Source: a virus. Taken from it: DNA of 64,000 nucleotides. The notes beneath the pieces are model-generated. The model was given only the letters and a program-made list of their open reading frames with translations. It did no database searches and was not told where the DNA came from. Shown here piece after piece: positions 9,684 to 20,500 of the stretch. The stretch's first letter is position 1, and each line of letters opens with the position of its first letter. The DNA lies in the IMG/VR virus record IMGVR_UViG_3300047476_000577, positions 1 through 64,000 of that record, one strand, 5' to 3'. The position numbers were made by a program, and so were the translations under genes.

Positions 9684-10981
9684 TTGTCATCCCGGAAACG
9701 CACAAAGCGAGGGAAGCGCAAGCTATAAGTACCGTCTTGGTTGCGAGTAACTGCGTCTGCTAACACTTCAGCAGTTTGCCCAAACAAATCGTTCTTATCG
9801 TTCCAGAACTCGATACGTTGTTCGTCTGTAAAGCCACTACCTACATTAACAGTAATGCTACGGCCGGCATCTTCGCCTTCGCAAATAATAGCGCCCATAC
9901 GACCTTCATTTTTACCAGTGCCTTCTTCTACACCAACTACAGTAAGGTCTAGTGTAATAGTAGGCTTAATCTTAAGCCAGGCGTGGCTACGTTTGCACTC
10001 GTATTTTGCTTCAAGGTCCTTGAGCATAATGCCCTCGTAACCCCCTGCAATAGCACGAGCATTAATTTCTTTAAACTGTTTTTGACCTTCCGGAGTATTA
10101 AGGTCTACAATTTCGTGCCCAACAATCTCGACGTTAGGGGTTTCTTCGGCCCACAAGTCTTTCCAAGCCTTTAGTTTGGCACTGCGATCTACTTGCTTGC
10201 GATCCCATACACCTTTGTTAAAAGCATCTAGCGTGACGAAGTCGAAGAGGTGCAGAACTGCATCGTCGGTTTCTGCGTCAGTCTTACGATGCACGTGCTT
10301 CATTAAGTCTTGGAAGCTACTAGACATAATTTCACCATCAAACACTACGGGTTCGGTGATGCCTATTACAGTCTTTGCAAACTGACGTTTGATGTTTTCG
10401 AAGTTAACTAGTTCTTTACCGTTACGGCTAAACTGATCTACTTGTCCGTTGGGGTAAACAATAGTAAGCACACGAACGCCGTCTAGCTTGACCTCGATCA
10501 TTTTCTTACCAGTACACTTCTTAGGATGGTCGGTACCATCGTGAGCCAGCTGGCAGCTAAACACGGGGATAGTTAGATCCGTGCGCCCTGCTTCCTTGAC
10601 CACAGTGTTAACAGTCTTTTCGGTAATACCGCAACGTAGATCCTTAATAAGGATTAGTCGATACCAATCATTCCACTGCTCTTGTGTAGCAACATCCATT
10701 GCAAGTTGGATAGCTTCACGAGCAGCATTACCGGTTAGCTCACGCTTACGCAGACTGTCTGCAAGTTGCACAAAAGCACGCCAAGGGAATCCTTGTCCGC
10801 CGGGGATGTCTTTAACAGGAACTTGCTTAACTCCAAACGTAATCAACGCATCGTATGCCATACGAGCGCCATCGAAAAATGTACTAGCTTCTTTATCATT
10901 CAGCACACTTGCAATAATAGCTTCTTTAGCCTTGCGGCCAGGCTCTGCATTCAGTGCTTGTACAATTTGCCACGGTGTCAT
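9680..10981 (-). CDS. lig: ATP-dependent DNA ligase
   Basis: KLDGVR, FDGEI, EGIMLK, WLKIK, VGSGF, SLRFPRF motifs. Confidence 0.95.
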   Translation of the reverse strand: MTPWQIVQALNAEPGRKAKEAIIASVLNDKEASTFFDGARMAYDALITFGVKQVPVKDIPGGQGFPWRAFVQLADSLRKRELTGNAAREAIQLAMDVATQEQWNDWYRLILIKDLRCGITEKTVNTVVKEAGRTDLTIPVFSCQLAHDGTDHPKKCTGKKMIEVKLDGVRVLTIVYPNGQVDQFSRNGKELVNFENIKRQFAKTVIGITEPVVFDGEIMSSSFQDLMKHVHRKTDAETDDAVLHLFDFVTLDAFNKGVWDRKQVDRSAKLKAWKDLWAEETPNVEIVGHEIVDLNTPEGQKQFKEINARAIAGGYEGIMLKDLEAKYECKRSHAWLKIKPTITLDLTVVGVEEGTGKNEGRMGAIICEGEDAGRSITVNVGSGFTDEQRIEFWNDKNDLFGQTAEVLADAVTRNQDGTYSLRFPRFVRFRDDK

Positions 10982-11151
10982 TGTTTGTCCTTAGATTGTA
11001 GATGTTTAAATTCACGCTTGAGCCAATACTTATACTTTGCAAAATATTCTTGCATTGCATAGTCCGGATCTTTGCCAGTCCATTCGTAAACTTCTTCTTT
11101 GTGTTCGTACCAGATGTTACGTACCCAATTTTTAAAAGCAGTGTTCTTCAT
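10978..11151 (-). CDS. Small hypothetical protein (57 aa)
   Basis: Own translation MKNTAFKNWVRNIWYEHKEE...YFAKYKYWLKREFKHLQSKDKQ; fills the gap with an ATGA overlap. Confidence 0.6.
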   Translation of the reverse strand: MKNTAFKNWVRNIWYEHKEEVYEWTGKDPDYAMQEYFAKYKYWLKREFKHLQSKDKQ

Positions 11152-11153
11152 AG

Positions 11154-11549
11154 TTAGTATAGCACAGGTTCGACTGCACGTTCGCCTTTGATAGTTTTTA
11201 ACATTTCATCTTCTTGAGAAAAGATTAAGTGTTGATCGGCTAAGATAGCGTAACGTTCTTCGCTTGTTTTACTTAGCCACTGCTCCACTGCTTCGTTACT
11301 ACCTCGAGCTTCTGCAGGGATATAGTCTAGAACCCATCCTACTAGGTTTTTAAGTGCAGGGATAGTATTTGCAGGATGACTGCACTGTACAGCTCTTGCA
11401 AAGTCGTTAGCAAGTAGTGCAGTAAAAAACGACCCCGGGCTAAAACCGTGCACTAGATAATTGTACATAGGTTCTGCATAGTCTCTGGCTACTGACCAAT
11501 GTGCAAAGGTGCCCATTAGTTTAGCTTTACTGTGTGCGCCGATATTCAT
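11154..11549 (-). CDS. Hypothetical phage protein
   Basis: YLVHGFSPGSFFTALLAND segment; GAGGT RBS before ATG 11549. Confidence 0.6.
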   Translation of the reverse strand: MNIGAHSKAKLMGTFAHWSVARDYAEPMYNYLVHGFSPGSFFTALLANDFARAVQCSHPANTIPALKNLVGWVLDYIPAEARGSNEAVEQWLSKTSEERYAILADQHLIFSQEDEMLKTIKGERAVEPVLY

Positions 11550-11878
11550 TTGCATACCTCTGCGATGTGCTTGCAGGCGCCGCGGAAAGTAAAGCCAGGA
11601 CAAGTGCAAGTCTTGGCTTCGGGGTCTACCCAATAGCTATTACCCTTGCTACCTTTTACTTCGACTAGGCTAGATTCTGCTTTAGCCTTAAACAGTTGTG
11701 CATCTGCCTTAACAAACTTGCGACCACGGCGGTCGATAGCCAAGGGCGTTTTAAAGTAGAACGGCTCGCCTTTTCCGAACTTAATGTAAGCTACAGCCTT
11801 TTGACCGTCGAACAAGTAGATGTGATTTACTTGCACATCTACGTTCTCCCAGACTGTAACTTCTTTAAGAGCTTCCAT
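11546..11878 (-). CDS. SWIM zinc-finger protein
   Basis: C-terminal CTCPGFTFRGACKH. Confidence 0.7.
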   Translation of the reverse strand: MEALKEVTVWENVDVQVNHIYLFDGQKAVAYIKFGKGEPFYFKTPLAIDRRGRKFVKADAQLFKAKAESSLVEVKGSKGNSYWVDPEAKTCTCPGFTFRGACKHIAEVCK

Positions 11879-11879
11879 A

Positions 11880-12290
11880 TTAAGCCTCGACAATGTAAGG
11901 CTTGTCCCACTTGCCAATGTTCACATCTACATACCAACCCACATCAAAGTAGTCAGTTTGAATGTCCGAGTTGTCGTGGTTGCCGTTGTTCATTGCAGGG
12001 ATAACTTCGCTCAAGAACTTCAAAGCCTTACCGTCGAAATGACGCTGGTAATGATACACGTTCACGTCGATGTCCTTGGTTGCAGGACGGAACGGCAGGT
12101 GTGCAGGACGAGGCTCAGCAGCACCCAAGCGGTTAAAGGATTCCAGGAAGTCAATCTTGCCCGACTTAATGTTGAGCACAAGAGTTGAATGATTGCGAAC
12201 TGCAAGACTAGCCTTAACGCCGTGCTTCTTGCAAATAGCCTTGATCTTTGGTGCCAACTTAGCTTTCAGTTCTTGGGAAACGTATGCCAT
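11880..12290 (-). CDS. Early hypothetical protein
   Basis: AGGAG RBS and own promoter; ends DNSDIQTDYFDVGWYVDVNIGKWDKPY. Confidence 0.7.
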   Translation of the reverse strand: MAYVSQELKAKLAPKIKAICKKHGVKASLAVRNHSTLVLNIKSGKIDFLESFNRLGAAEPRPAHLPFRPATKDIDVNVYHYQRHFDGKALKFLSEVIPAMNNGNHDNSDIQTDYFDVGWYVDVNIGKWDKPYIVEA

Positions 12291-12295
12291 CTTCA

Positions 12296-12354
12296 ACTCC
12301 TGTTTTGTTACGCTATGTATGTATTATATACGATTTGGATTTATTGGTCAAATC
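12296..12354 (-). promoter_or_regulatory. Early sigma70 promoter plus leader/RBS (TTGACC-17-TATAAT...AGGAG), copy 1
   Basis: -35 at 12346-12351, -10 at 12323-12328; near-duplicate of 12616-12674. Confidence 0.8.
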
Positions 12355-12610
12355 AGCGGCGATAGTGGTTTGCATAGCGGTCAAACAAGAACGCAACAAA
12401 CCCTTCGGGAACGAACCAACGTGCAAGGTTAATAATGCCTTCGTTTTTCTTGTCAAACGTAACAGCCTTTTTGGGCATAAAAAATGTGTACTCTTTTTCA
12501 GAATTTAGTACTTTAAACTTAAAGGCTTTTTCAGTTTCGCCTACAAGTTCTACGCCTAGGGCAGTGCAAACAGAGTAACCGGTTTTCCAAATGCTGTAAA
12601 TGTTTTCCAT
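12353..12610 (-). CDS. Early hypothetical protein
   Basis: Start MENIYSIW after AGGAG; flanked by the duplicated promoter. Confidence 0.7.
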   Translation of the reverse strand: MENIYSIWKTGYSVCTALGVELVGETEKAFKFKVLNSEKEYTFFMPKKAVTFDKKNEGIINLARWFVPEGFVAFLFDRYANHYRR

Positions 12611-12615
12611 TGTCG

Positions 12616-12674
12616 ACTCCTGTTTTGTTACGCTATGAATGTATTGTAGCACTTTTGGATTTTTCGGTCAAATC
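12616..12674 (-). promoter_or_regulatory. Early sigma70 promoter plus leader/RBS (TTGACC-17-TACAAT...AGGAG), copy 2
   Basis: -35 at 12666-12671, -10 at 12643-12648; shares 22 identical nt (actcctgttttgttacgctatg) with copy 1. Confidence 0.8.
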
Positions 12675-12684
12675 GTGTCAAAAG

Positions 12685-12713
12685 TTGACAATAAATACAT
12701 ACTTTGCTACAAT
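12685..12713 (+). promoter_or_regulatory. Promoter of the HNH gene (TTGACA-17-TACAAT) with nested ATAAATA late motif
   Basis: Direct motif match. Confidence 0.65.
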
Positions 12714-12745
12714 GGTAGCTTGTAGTAACTTACACGAGTTTTATA

Positions 12746-13303
12746 ATGTCAGACACACTAGTATTAAACGGCGACTTTCAGCCGCTTTGCATCTTTCCGT
12801 TAAGCACAATCGACTGGCAAACTGCTATTAAGGCAGTTTTTTCAGAAAAAGTCGTTGTGGTTAAAAATCACGACAATTGGATGGTGCATAGTCAGCGTCT
12901 AACAATGCCAGTTCCTAGCATTGTTGCAATGCGTGATTATGTAGATGCTACTCGCGGTGTTAACTTTAACCGCCGCAGTGTTTACATTCGTGACAACTAC
13001 ACTTGCCAATACTGCGGTAACAAGTTCCATTACGAAGACCTAACATTCGACCACGTTATCCCACGTTGCGATGGCGGGCAGACTACTTGGGAAAACGTTG
13101 TAACTGCTTGCCGTACTTGCAACTTCCTTAAAGGCAGCGACCTGATGGATCCGCTAACTAAGCCACGCAAGCCTACATATTGGGAAATGAGTAAGAAAGC
13201 TAAGGACCTTGTAATTATGATTAAAGATCCTGCTTGGCAAGATTACTTAAATTGGCCCGAGGACAAATTAATTGTTAGGCCAGAAGCTAGAATGGTAGCA
13301 TAA
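12746..13303 (+). CDS. HNH endonuclease (McrA-like)
   Basis: RDNYTCQYCG, TFDHVIPR..GG, WENVVTAC..CN..KG. Confidence 0.9.
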   Translation: MSDTLVLNGDFQPLCIFPLSTIDWQTAIKAVFSEKVVVVKNHDNWMVHSQRLTMPVPSIVAMRDYVDATRGVNFNRRSVYIRDNYTCQYCGNKFHYEDLTFDHVIPRCDGGQTTWENVVTACRTCNFLKGSDLMDPLTKPRKPTYWEMSKKAKDLVIMIKDPAWQDYLNWPEDKLIVRPEARMVA

Positions 13304-13327
13304 GAAAAGCCCCTAAGGGGCTTTTCT
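13303..13327. terminator. Bidirectional intrinsic terminator
   Basis: agaaaagcccc-taa-ggggcttttct between convergent genes. Confidence 0.85.
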
Positions 13328-13499
13328 ATTGTTGTTTAAAATCGCTAAAGTCTGGAGTATAGGATATGCGCTCGTTTACTTCGACGAAACCCCCGCACCT
13401 TCTGCAAATAACATCCGGTTCTCCGCTGGTTTGATCGAAACTGTGCCCACATTCGGGGTTAGTACAGTGTAATAGCCATTTGTGATATGTAGTGTCCAT
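13326..13499 (-). CDS. Small zinc-ribbon protein (57 aa)
   Basis: Own translation MDTTYHKWLLHCTNPECGHSFDQTSGEPDVICRRCGGFVEVNERISYTPDFSDFKQQ. Confidence 0.6.
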   Translation of the reverse strand: MDTTYHKWLLHCTNPECGHSFDQTSGEPDVICRRCGGFVEVNERISYTPDFSDFKQQ

Positions 13500-13507
13500 A
13501 TCACTAT

Positions 13508-13894
13508 TTAGCGCCGCATTGAGCTGATTTCCTTAGCTTCGTCATCACTAAAAATAGGAACAGCATTACTTTTGTGCATAGTACCGATGCCTTTAACCTT
13601 TGTACCTGTGTAGACTTTTTGTTGCCCTTGTGTACACGGCACCCAACCAGTATCGAGGCTTTGAATTTTCTCAGTTTGACGAACGTGAGGCTTACTGACA
13701 ACAGGAGAAGCTACTGTAGTTGCTACTTTTGCCTTGCTAAACTTTGGAGTAAGTTTAGCCCACTCTGCTTGCTTACGTTCCCATTCGGCTGCTAGCTCAC
13801 GGGCCTTGCGAGCCTCGGCTGCATTTCTAAACTTTTGTTTGCCTTTTTTCTTGCCGCTAGTAGACAGCCAAGGACCTTCAAGATGCATCGTCAT
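13508..13894 (-). CDS. Basic hypothetical protein of T4-like phages
   Basis: C-terminal YTGTKVKGIGTMHKSNAVP motif; GGAG RBS and promoter upstream. Confidence 0.7.
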   Translation of the reverse strand: MTMHLEGPWLSTSGKKKGKQKFRNAAEARKARELAAEWERKQAEWAKLTPKFSKAKVATTVASPVVSKPHVRQTEKIQSLDTGWVPCTQGQQKVYTGTKVKGIGTMHKSNAVPIFSDDEAKEISSMRR

Positions 13895-13922
13895 ATATGA
13901 TTCTCCAAAATCGTAGGTTGTT

Positions 13923-13951
13923 AGTGTAACACAAGTGCATTTTATGGTCAA
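13923..13951 (-). promoter_or_regulatory. Early sigma70 promoter TTGACC-17-TACACT
   Basis: Same consensus as the other early promoters in the window. Confidence 0.6.
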
Positions 13952-13977
13952 GTATTAAGTACGCTGATAATTTTACA

Positions 13978-13985
13978 AATAAATA
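13978..13985 (+). promoter_or_regulatory. Late promoter motif AATAAATA, 5 nt before the gp25 ATG
   Basis: aataaata-acagt-ATG. Confidence 0.65.
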
Positions 13986-13990
13986 ACAGT

Positions 13991-14371
13991 ATGGCAAATT
14001 CACTTGTATATAAAGGTTTTACTACACAATCTTCTGTAATTACGGGCTCTACATTGTATGATTTAGAGTTAGCTAAAACTGATTTAATGAATCATTTTAT
14101 GACACGTAAGGGCGAGCGTGTAATGGCACCTACATTCGGTTCTGAAATATGGGATTACTTATTTGATCCTATGAACGAGGATGTAATACAAATGATTAGA
14201 AACGATGTAGTTTCCATTGTAAGAACAGATCCACGCTTTGATGTACAAAGTGTTAATGTAACGCAATACGAACACGGAATCACTGTCACATTAGATTTAT
14301 ACTACTATCCAATGGACATATTAGATACATTAGCTATCACATTCGATCAAAGCGCAATAGAGGCAAAATAA
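13991..14371 (+). CDS. gp25: Baseplate wedge protein gp25-like
   Basis: TRKGERVMAPTFGSEIWDYLFDP...DPR motif. Confidence 0.88.
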   Translation: MANSLVYKGFTTQSSVITGSTLYDLELAKTDLMNHFMTRKGERVMAPTFGSEIWDYLFDPMNEDVIQMIRNDVVSIVRTDPRFDVQSVNVTQYEHGITVTLDLYYYPMDILDTLAITFDQSAIEAK

Positions 14372-17300
14372 ATGACACAGGCTGTACGACAAGACAACTT
14401 ATTCGCTAGTGAAAACTGGCAAGCGGTATATCAGAGTTTTAGAAATGCTGATTTTAAAGCATACGACTTTGATACATTACGCACCGCTATGATAGACTAT
14501 ATTCGTTTATCATACCCAGAAGATTTTAACGATTGGATTCAGTCTAGTGAGTTTGTTGCTCTAATTGACTTAATTGCTTTCTTAGGTCAAAACCTAGCAT
14601 TCCGTGTTGACTTAAACAGTCGCGAAAACTTTATTGACACCGCAGAACGTCGCGAAAGCATTTTACGCCTTGCACGTTTCGTAAACTACAACCCAAAGCG
14701 TAATATTGCAGCTAGCGGCTTATTAAAAGTTAAAGCAATTAAAACCACAGAACCTGTATATGATCCTTACGGCCTAGATTTAAGCAATAAAATGGTACAG
14801 TGGGTCAACGTAAATGATCCAGACAATTACGAAAAGTTTATTACTATTCTAAATGCTGCTCTTAACCCTGACCATAAGTTTGGCAATCCAGTTAAAACTG
14901 GTTCAGTCGGCGGTGTAGTCGCACAGCAATATGCACTAACTAATATACCCGGTGATATTGTTACTGTATCTTACAGCGCAAACACAGGCGGCAAAGAAGA
15001 CAATTTCGAAATCTGTAATACAGATTTCTTAGATTTAGGATTCTTCAAAGAAGCAACTCCTAATCCATACGGCGCATTTAACTTAGTATACCGCAATGAC
15101 AATGCCGGTAATACAAGTCCTAATACCGGTTTGTTTGTATTGTTCAAGCAAGGTAAGTTAATCAAACAAGACTTTAATATTGTTGATTACGTGGAAAATC
15201 GTGTAGTAGATATTGATATTCCTAATGTTAACGAAGCAGACGTTTATGTGCAAAGCATTTCAGCTGACGGTTCAGTGGTAGAAGATTGGAGTAAAGTACC
15301 TAACGTATCTGGCAACTCTGTAATCTATAACTCATATGCACGTGGTGTTAGAAAAGTATATAGCGTGATTACACGCCAGGACGATAAGATTAGTATTAAG
15401 TTCGGTGACGGCCTATTCTCTGAAGTTCCTGTTGGTTTAATTCGTGTTTGGGTACGTACAAGTAATGCCCAAGCATATACTATTAAACCTAGCGATATGA
15501 AGAATATCACTTGGGACGTAGGTTATTATGATGCACAAGGTCGTCAGCAATACCTGACCCTAGTAGCAGATTTAGAATACACTGTTAATAACAGTAGTCC
15601 TGCAGAATCATTAACTAGTATCAAAGCTAATGCACCGTTGGCATATACTACGCAAGACCGTATGGTTACTGCTAGCGACTATACAGTATACCCTTTAACA
15701 CAAAGCGCAGACGTATTAAAAGTTAAAGCAGTAAATCGAGTACACAGCGGCTTTAGTCGTTATACAGATCCGCTAGACCCGACAGGCACATATCAAAACA
15801 TTGATATGTTATCGGACGATTTCTACATCTACAAACAAACAGATACCGCAGCAGATGTGTTTAAAACATCTAACCAGCTATATGTTAACGACATATTAGA
15901 CACTTTACAAAAGCATTTAACTCGAGGCGGTGCAGTTAACTTATATTATGCTAATTACTCTGCGTTAGATTTTGCAAGCCAGGGTATTACTTGGAACAAT
16001 GTAAGTACAGTTGCAGGAATGTCTACAGGATATTTTACTGTAAATTCTCAAATTGTCGCAGTAGGCACAAACGAGCAATTAAGCAATAGAAAACAGTTAC
16101 ACGTAGGAGCATTAGTAGAATTTACTGTTAACGGGGCTACTGAATGGGCAGCAATAAATTCTGTTAGTTTAAAAGGACTAGGACTAGATAATGCAAGCGG
16201 CATAAGCACCGGCTTAAAAGTTAACGGTGAAGGTGCAATAACTATTAGTAAAAACATACCAACAGGTGCAACTATTACTAGAGTTATCCCTGCACTAAAG
16301 AAGAAATTCGACCAAAAAGAACGTGCAGACATTTTAAGTAACCTTGGAAATAAATTTAACTTCGGTATTAGATACAATTATCTAACTCAAAGCTATGTCA
16401 TAGTAACTGATGACAATGTTAATTCTACTGACTTCTTTAGTCTAAGCAACCAAGGTGATACATCTGGTCAAAATAAAGATGCTAGCTGGATTTATTACAT
16501 CTCATTTGCAGATGGACAATACCTAGTAAGACAGAAGTTATTAAAATATATTATTGGTTCTAACAAGAAGATCAAGTTCGGTAACATTAATTTCTTAGAA
16601 AATGCGAAAGACTCACTAACATCATTTAAAGCAGACGTTGTTAAATTCCTTAAGATTAACACAGTGCCTTCTGGCAATACTGTAATAGGCAAGCCTGTTG
16701 AATTTAGCGTGGCCAGTTATTTTGTAAGTGCAGACGGTTACACTGATACGAGTAAAGTAATTGTTAAGGTAGCCGATTCTGATAATAACTATCTTCCAGA
16801 CAACCCTTACACATTTGAAGAACTAGTAGGAAATACTAAAGTTAATGTGGCAATAACAAACGCTAGCGGTATCATTCAAACTACAGTAACAGAATCTACT
16901 AGTGGTACATTAGCTGGCCGCACAGATTTAATAGGACAATGGAAGCATTATGCAGAAAGTAACCAGCGTATCGATCCAGCAGTAGTAAACATTATTGACT
17001 TGTTTATATTAAGCTCTAACTACGATACAGATTTCAGACGTTGGATGAAAAACGACGGCAGGTTAGTTAATAAGCCGCTGCCTCCTACTACAGTTGCATT
17101 AAGCCAGCAATTTGCAGATTTAGAATTAGTTAAGACTAGCAGCGACACTATTGTATTCCGTCCAGCAAAGTATAAACTACTATTCGGCGCACTAGCTGAC
17201 CAAGAGCTACAGGCTAGATTTAAAGTAGTTAAGATGGCAGGTACCAGTTTAACTGACAACGAGATTAGAAGTAAAGTGCTAGCAGCTATTGACAGCTTCT

Positions 17301-17545
17301 TTGATATACGAAATTGGACATTCGGTGAAACATTCTATTTCACTGAAATGGCAGCGTATATACATACACAGTTAGCAGGCAGCATAAGTTCTATCGTTAT
17401 CGTTCCTACAAATGGCAGCAGCCAGTTCGGTAAATTATTCCAAGTAGGCAGTAACGCAGATGAACTTTTTGTTAGCTGTGCAACAGTAGCAGATATTGAA
17501 ATTATCTCACAGATTACAGATACAAACATTAGAATAGGTAAATGA
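14372..17545 (+). CDS. gp6: Baseplate wedge protein gp6-like
   Basis: DFDTLR..MIDY, ENFIDTAERRESILRLA, IKFGDG, TQDRMVTASDY motifs; follows gp25. Confidence 0.85.
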   Translation: MTQAVRQDNLFASENWQAVYQSFRNADFKAYDFDTLRTAMIDYIRLSYPEDFNDWIQSSEFVALIDLIAFLGQNLAFRVDLNSRENFIDTAERRESILRLARFVNYNPKRNIAASGLLKVKAIKTTEPVYDPYGLDLSNKMVQWVNVNDPDNYEKFITILNAALNPDHKFGNPVKTGSVGGVVAQQYALTNIPGDIVTVSYSANTGGKEDNFEICNTDFLDLGFFKEATPNPYGAFNLVYRNDNAGNTSPNTGLFVLFKQGKLIKQDFNIVDYVENRVVDIDIPNVNEADVYVQSISADGSVVEDWSKVPNVSGNSVIYNSYARGVRKVYSVITRQDDKISIKFGDGLFSEVPVGLIRVWVRTSNAQAYTIKPSDMKNITWDVGYYDAQGRQQYLTLVADLEYTVNNSSPAESLTSIKANAPLAYTTQDRMVTASDYTVYPLTQSADVLKVKAVNRVHSGFSRYTDPLDPTGTYQNIDMLSDDFYIYKQTDTAADVFKTSNQLYVNDILDTLQKHLTRGGAVNLYYANYSALDFASQGITWNNVSTVAGMSTGYFTVNSQIVAVGTNEQLSNRKQLHVGALVEFTVNGATEWAAINSVSLKGLGLDNASGISTGLKVNGEGAITISKNIPTGATITRVIPALKKKFDQKERADILSNLGNKFNFGIRYNYLTQSYVIVTDDNVNSTDFFSLSNQGDTSGQNKDASWIYYISFADGQYLVRQKLLKYIIGSNKKIKFGNINFLENAKDSLTSFKADVVKFLKINTVPSGNTVIGKPVEFSVASYFVSADGYTDTSKVIVKVADSDNNYLPDNPYTFEELVGNTKVNVAITNASGIIQTTVTESTSGTLAGRTDLIGQWKHYAESNQRIDPAVVNIIDLFILSSNYDTDFRRWMKNDGRLVNKPLPPTTVALSQQFADLELVKTSSDTIVFRPAKYKLLFGALADQELQARFKVVKMAGTSLTDNEIRSKVLAAIDSFFDIRNWTFGETFYFTEMAAYIHTQLAGSISSIVIVPTNGSSQFGKLFQVGSNADELFVSCATVADIEIISQITDTNIRIGK

Positions 17546-20500
17546 TGTCAAACAAGAAATTCAGCGCAGATCCAAATAGCGTAAAAAATTCAACAGTTCC
17601 TAATGATACTAATACAGAGTTCATTAATGCAGTTGACTTTTTACCTAAGTATCATCAAACTGCTACTAATAAAAAACTGTTTAACGTTACGCTAGATCCG
17701 CTAATCAGCAAAGGTACAGCAGAAGATATCAGTGCATACGTAGGCCGCAAAAGCGGTACAGTATACCGCCCGGCACGTGATCCGTATCTAACTGAAGTAA
17801 GGAAATCTCGAGAAGATACACAGTTAGACATCGGTGTTGTTAGCAAAGACAGTTCTGGTAATGTTACCGGTATGATTGCATACGGCGATTTGTTAGACAA
17901 GTTTAAAGCACAGTACAGCAACTTTACCGCGGACGATTTAGATGTCGACTACTTTACCTGGGCGCCTCCTATAGACGCAGATAAGTTTGTTAACTTCTCT
18001 CACTATTACTGGCTACCATATGGTATGCCTGCAATCGAAGTGTCAGGTGATATCGATATCGATGCAGACATTGTTAGTAAAGCTGTGTATGTAACACCGA
18101 CTCAACCTAATGGCAAGCGTTTAAATTTCCACAATGGTGCAAAAGTATTCTTTACTAACAACAATATTGCTGATAAGAAATATGTAACACTACCGGACGC
18201 ATCTCGAAAATTTGCTTATTCTACAGGCGCAGAATATAGTGTAGCAGACTTAATTTCTGCTAATTACATCCTACGTGTATCTCTAACTTACTCAACAGTC
18301 GAAAACTTTTACGGAGAACATACTGTTTCTAGAACAGTGATGCTACCCGAGTACAGCAAAGTTAACGGCGAAGCAGTGGGCGTAAATTGGAAACAAACAT
18401 CTGACGGCGTTTTAACTATATCAGATTCAGTGATACCAGCCGAAGCAATTAGCGGTTCAATTGAAGTTGAAGTTCAAGTCATTAACCGTCCTGTAATTTT
18501 TACAGTTGACGGAATTAGCAGAAGAATAACACTACTACCTCAACAAGCAACAGACCCTCGTACAAGTTATGTACTGTATCTCCCAGAAGGTTGGGACACA
18601 CAGAATTGGGACATTACTGCCTGGGATGCAACTACTCCTGGTCACTTGCTACCAGAGTATATTGTAATGTCTCGTGGATCGAATAACTGGAACGCTTGGA
18701 GCAGAATTAACCAATGGGTGCACATCGAAAGCATTCAAGAAACTTTTGAGTTCTTGGGCAAAGACTACAGTTACCTAACAACTCCCGAATTTAGAGGCAA
18801 GCGCCCTATCATCGAGTTCTATACAAATATTGCTTTAGTAAACCACGGCGACTGGGCAACTGGCCAAGTTGATGCAGTATTAGACGGAAAACAAGATGCT
18901 CTGTCTTCGGTACTAGGTCAAGTTGCAGCTAAAGTCGACGGCGTTAGCATCTACAATAAGAACAGAATACTAGTATTAAACACAGGATCAAACTTTGACA
19001 ATAAAATTGTCACAGTAACAGGTGTAGGCGAATCAATTGAATTTGCTTTCCCTGCTGACGCAGACCCTACTACAGAACGCACAGTATTTGTACGCTCAGG
19101 TACTAAGTACCAATTCATTGAATTATGGTACGATACCTATTTAGATACTCCTGTATGGAAGCTAGCACAACAAAAAACTAAGCGCAACCAATTCCCTCAG
19201 TTTGAATTGTATGATGCCAACGGCATTAAGCTAAGTGATACTAGCGTATATAAAAATTCCAACTTTACTGGTAGTACGTTATTTCAGTATAAGGCAGGGT
19301 CATTCGTTGATCCTGTACTAGGCTTCGGGGTTGAATACGAAGATAACAGCTATGACATAGTTTCTGCTAGCAGCCCGTATAGCAAAACTTTTGCTAACTT
19401 AAAATTCCTGTTTACACAAAATGCTAGTGACTTGTACTATGAAGTAGATGGCAAGCGCACAGCTATACCGGGATACTACTACCACAAAGTCTATAGAGAA
19501 TCAGAGTCTGATTACTCATTGAGCAACGGTTGGGTCCGTAATAGCCAAGAACCTATTACATTCCAACGTATTAGCAAAGTAGCTGCATCTTCTACAGAAT
19601 CTGTAGTAGTGCCTGCTGATATATTTGCTAGCTACGACTATCAGTTATTCCTAAACGCAGGAACTCCGTTCTTTAACATTATAACCAAGGAAAACAAGTT
19701 AAGTTTATTAGATCCTCTAGAAAAGCATTTAATTTTTCCTATCGGTAGAACAGCAACAATTTTTAACTACACAGGCATACCATTAACACTATTAGACAAG
19801 TACAACAATCCATTGTCTAATGTAACTAATAACGGCGCTGATTACGGGTTAATTACAGTCGATTTAGATAGTACAAACGTAGATGCAGGTGAATCCGGTT
19901 GCCACTATGCCTACTATACTATAAACGGATATACCAATGCGATTGAAATGATTGATCCTAAACAAGATCCTCGTTTCTTACAAGTAAGAGTAAATGGCAG
20001 AAAACTAAGTTCTAGTCAGTATATTCTAACACAAAACATTGATTCTACTTACACTGTACAAGTAGACAACTTGTCTAAAAATGATGTACTAGAAGTAATG
20101 TTTGTAAGCGAAGAACATTATGGTGTATATGCCACTCATAGCACACTAGAAGCTAATGCAAATAATGCAACAGTTTACGAAACAAGCTACAGCAAAGTAT
20201 TTGAACATTTCACTTCGGTTATATCTAGCCAGCTAGGATTTAAAGGTAGTGCATATGGTTCTAACACTTATCACGAGTCTGCAAGAAACATCGGTTTAGG
20301 ATATGTAATCCAACAGCAGCAAAACAGTTTACTACCTATTACCGCACTAGCTAACGCAGGCGCAGATGTATTAACAGTATTAGAAGCAAGTGGTACACGC
20401 TACGCTAACTTCAGAGCTAAGTTTATTACTAGACTACAGAACATCAACAACGTGCTAGACGTTAATGCAATGATGCCTGCTGATTTAGTAGATACAGTAC

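Noticed and set aside
12746-13303. HNH as an intron-encoded homing endonuclease
   Set aside because: Free-standing, with its own promoter and terminator; no split host gene around it
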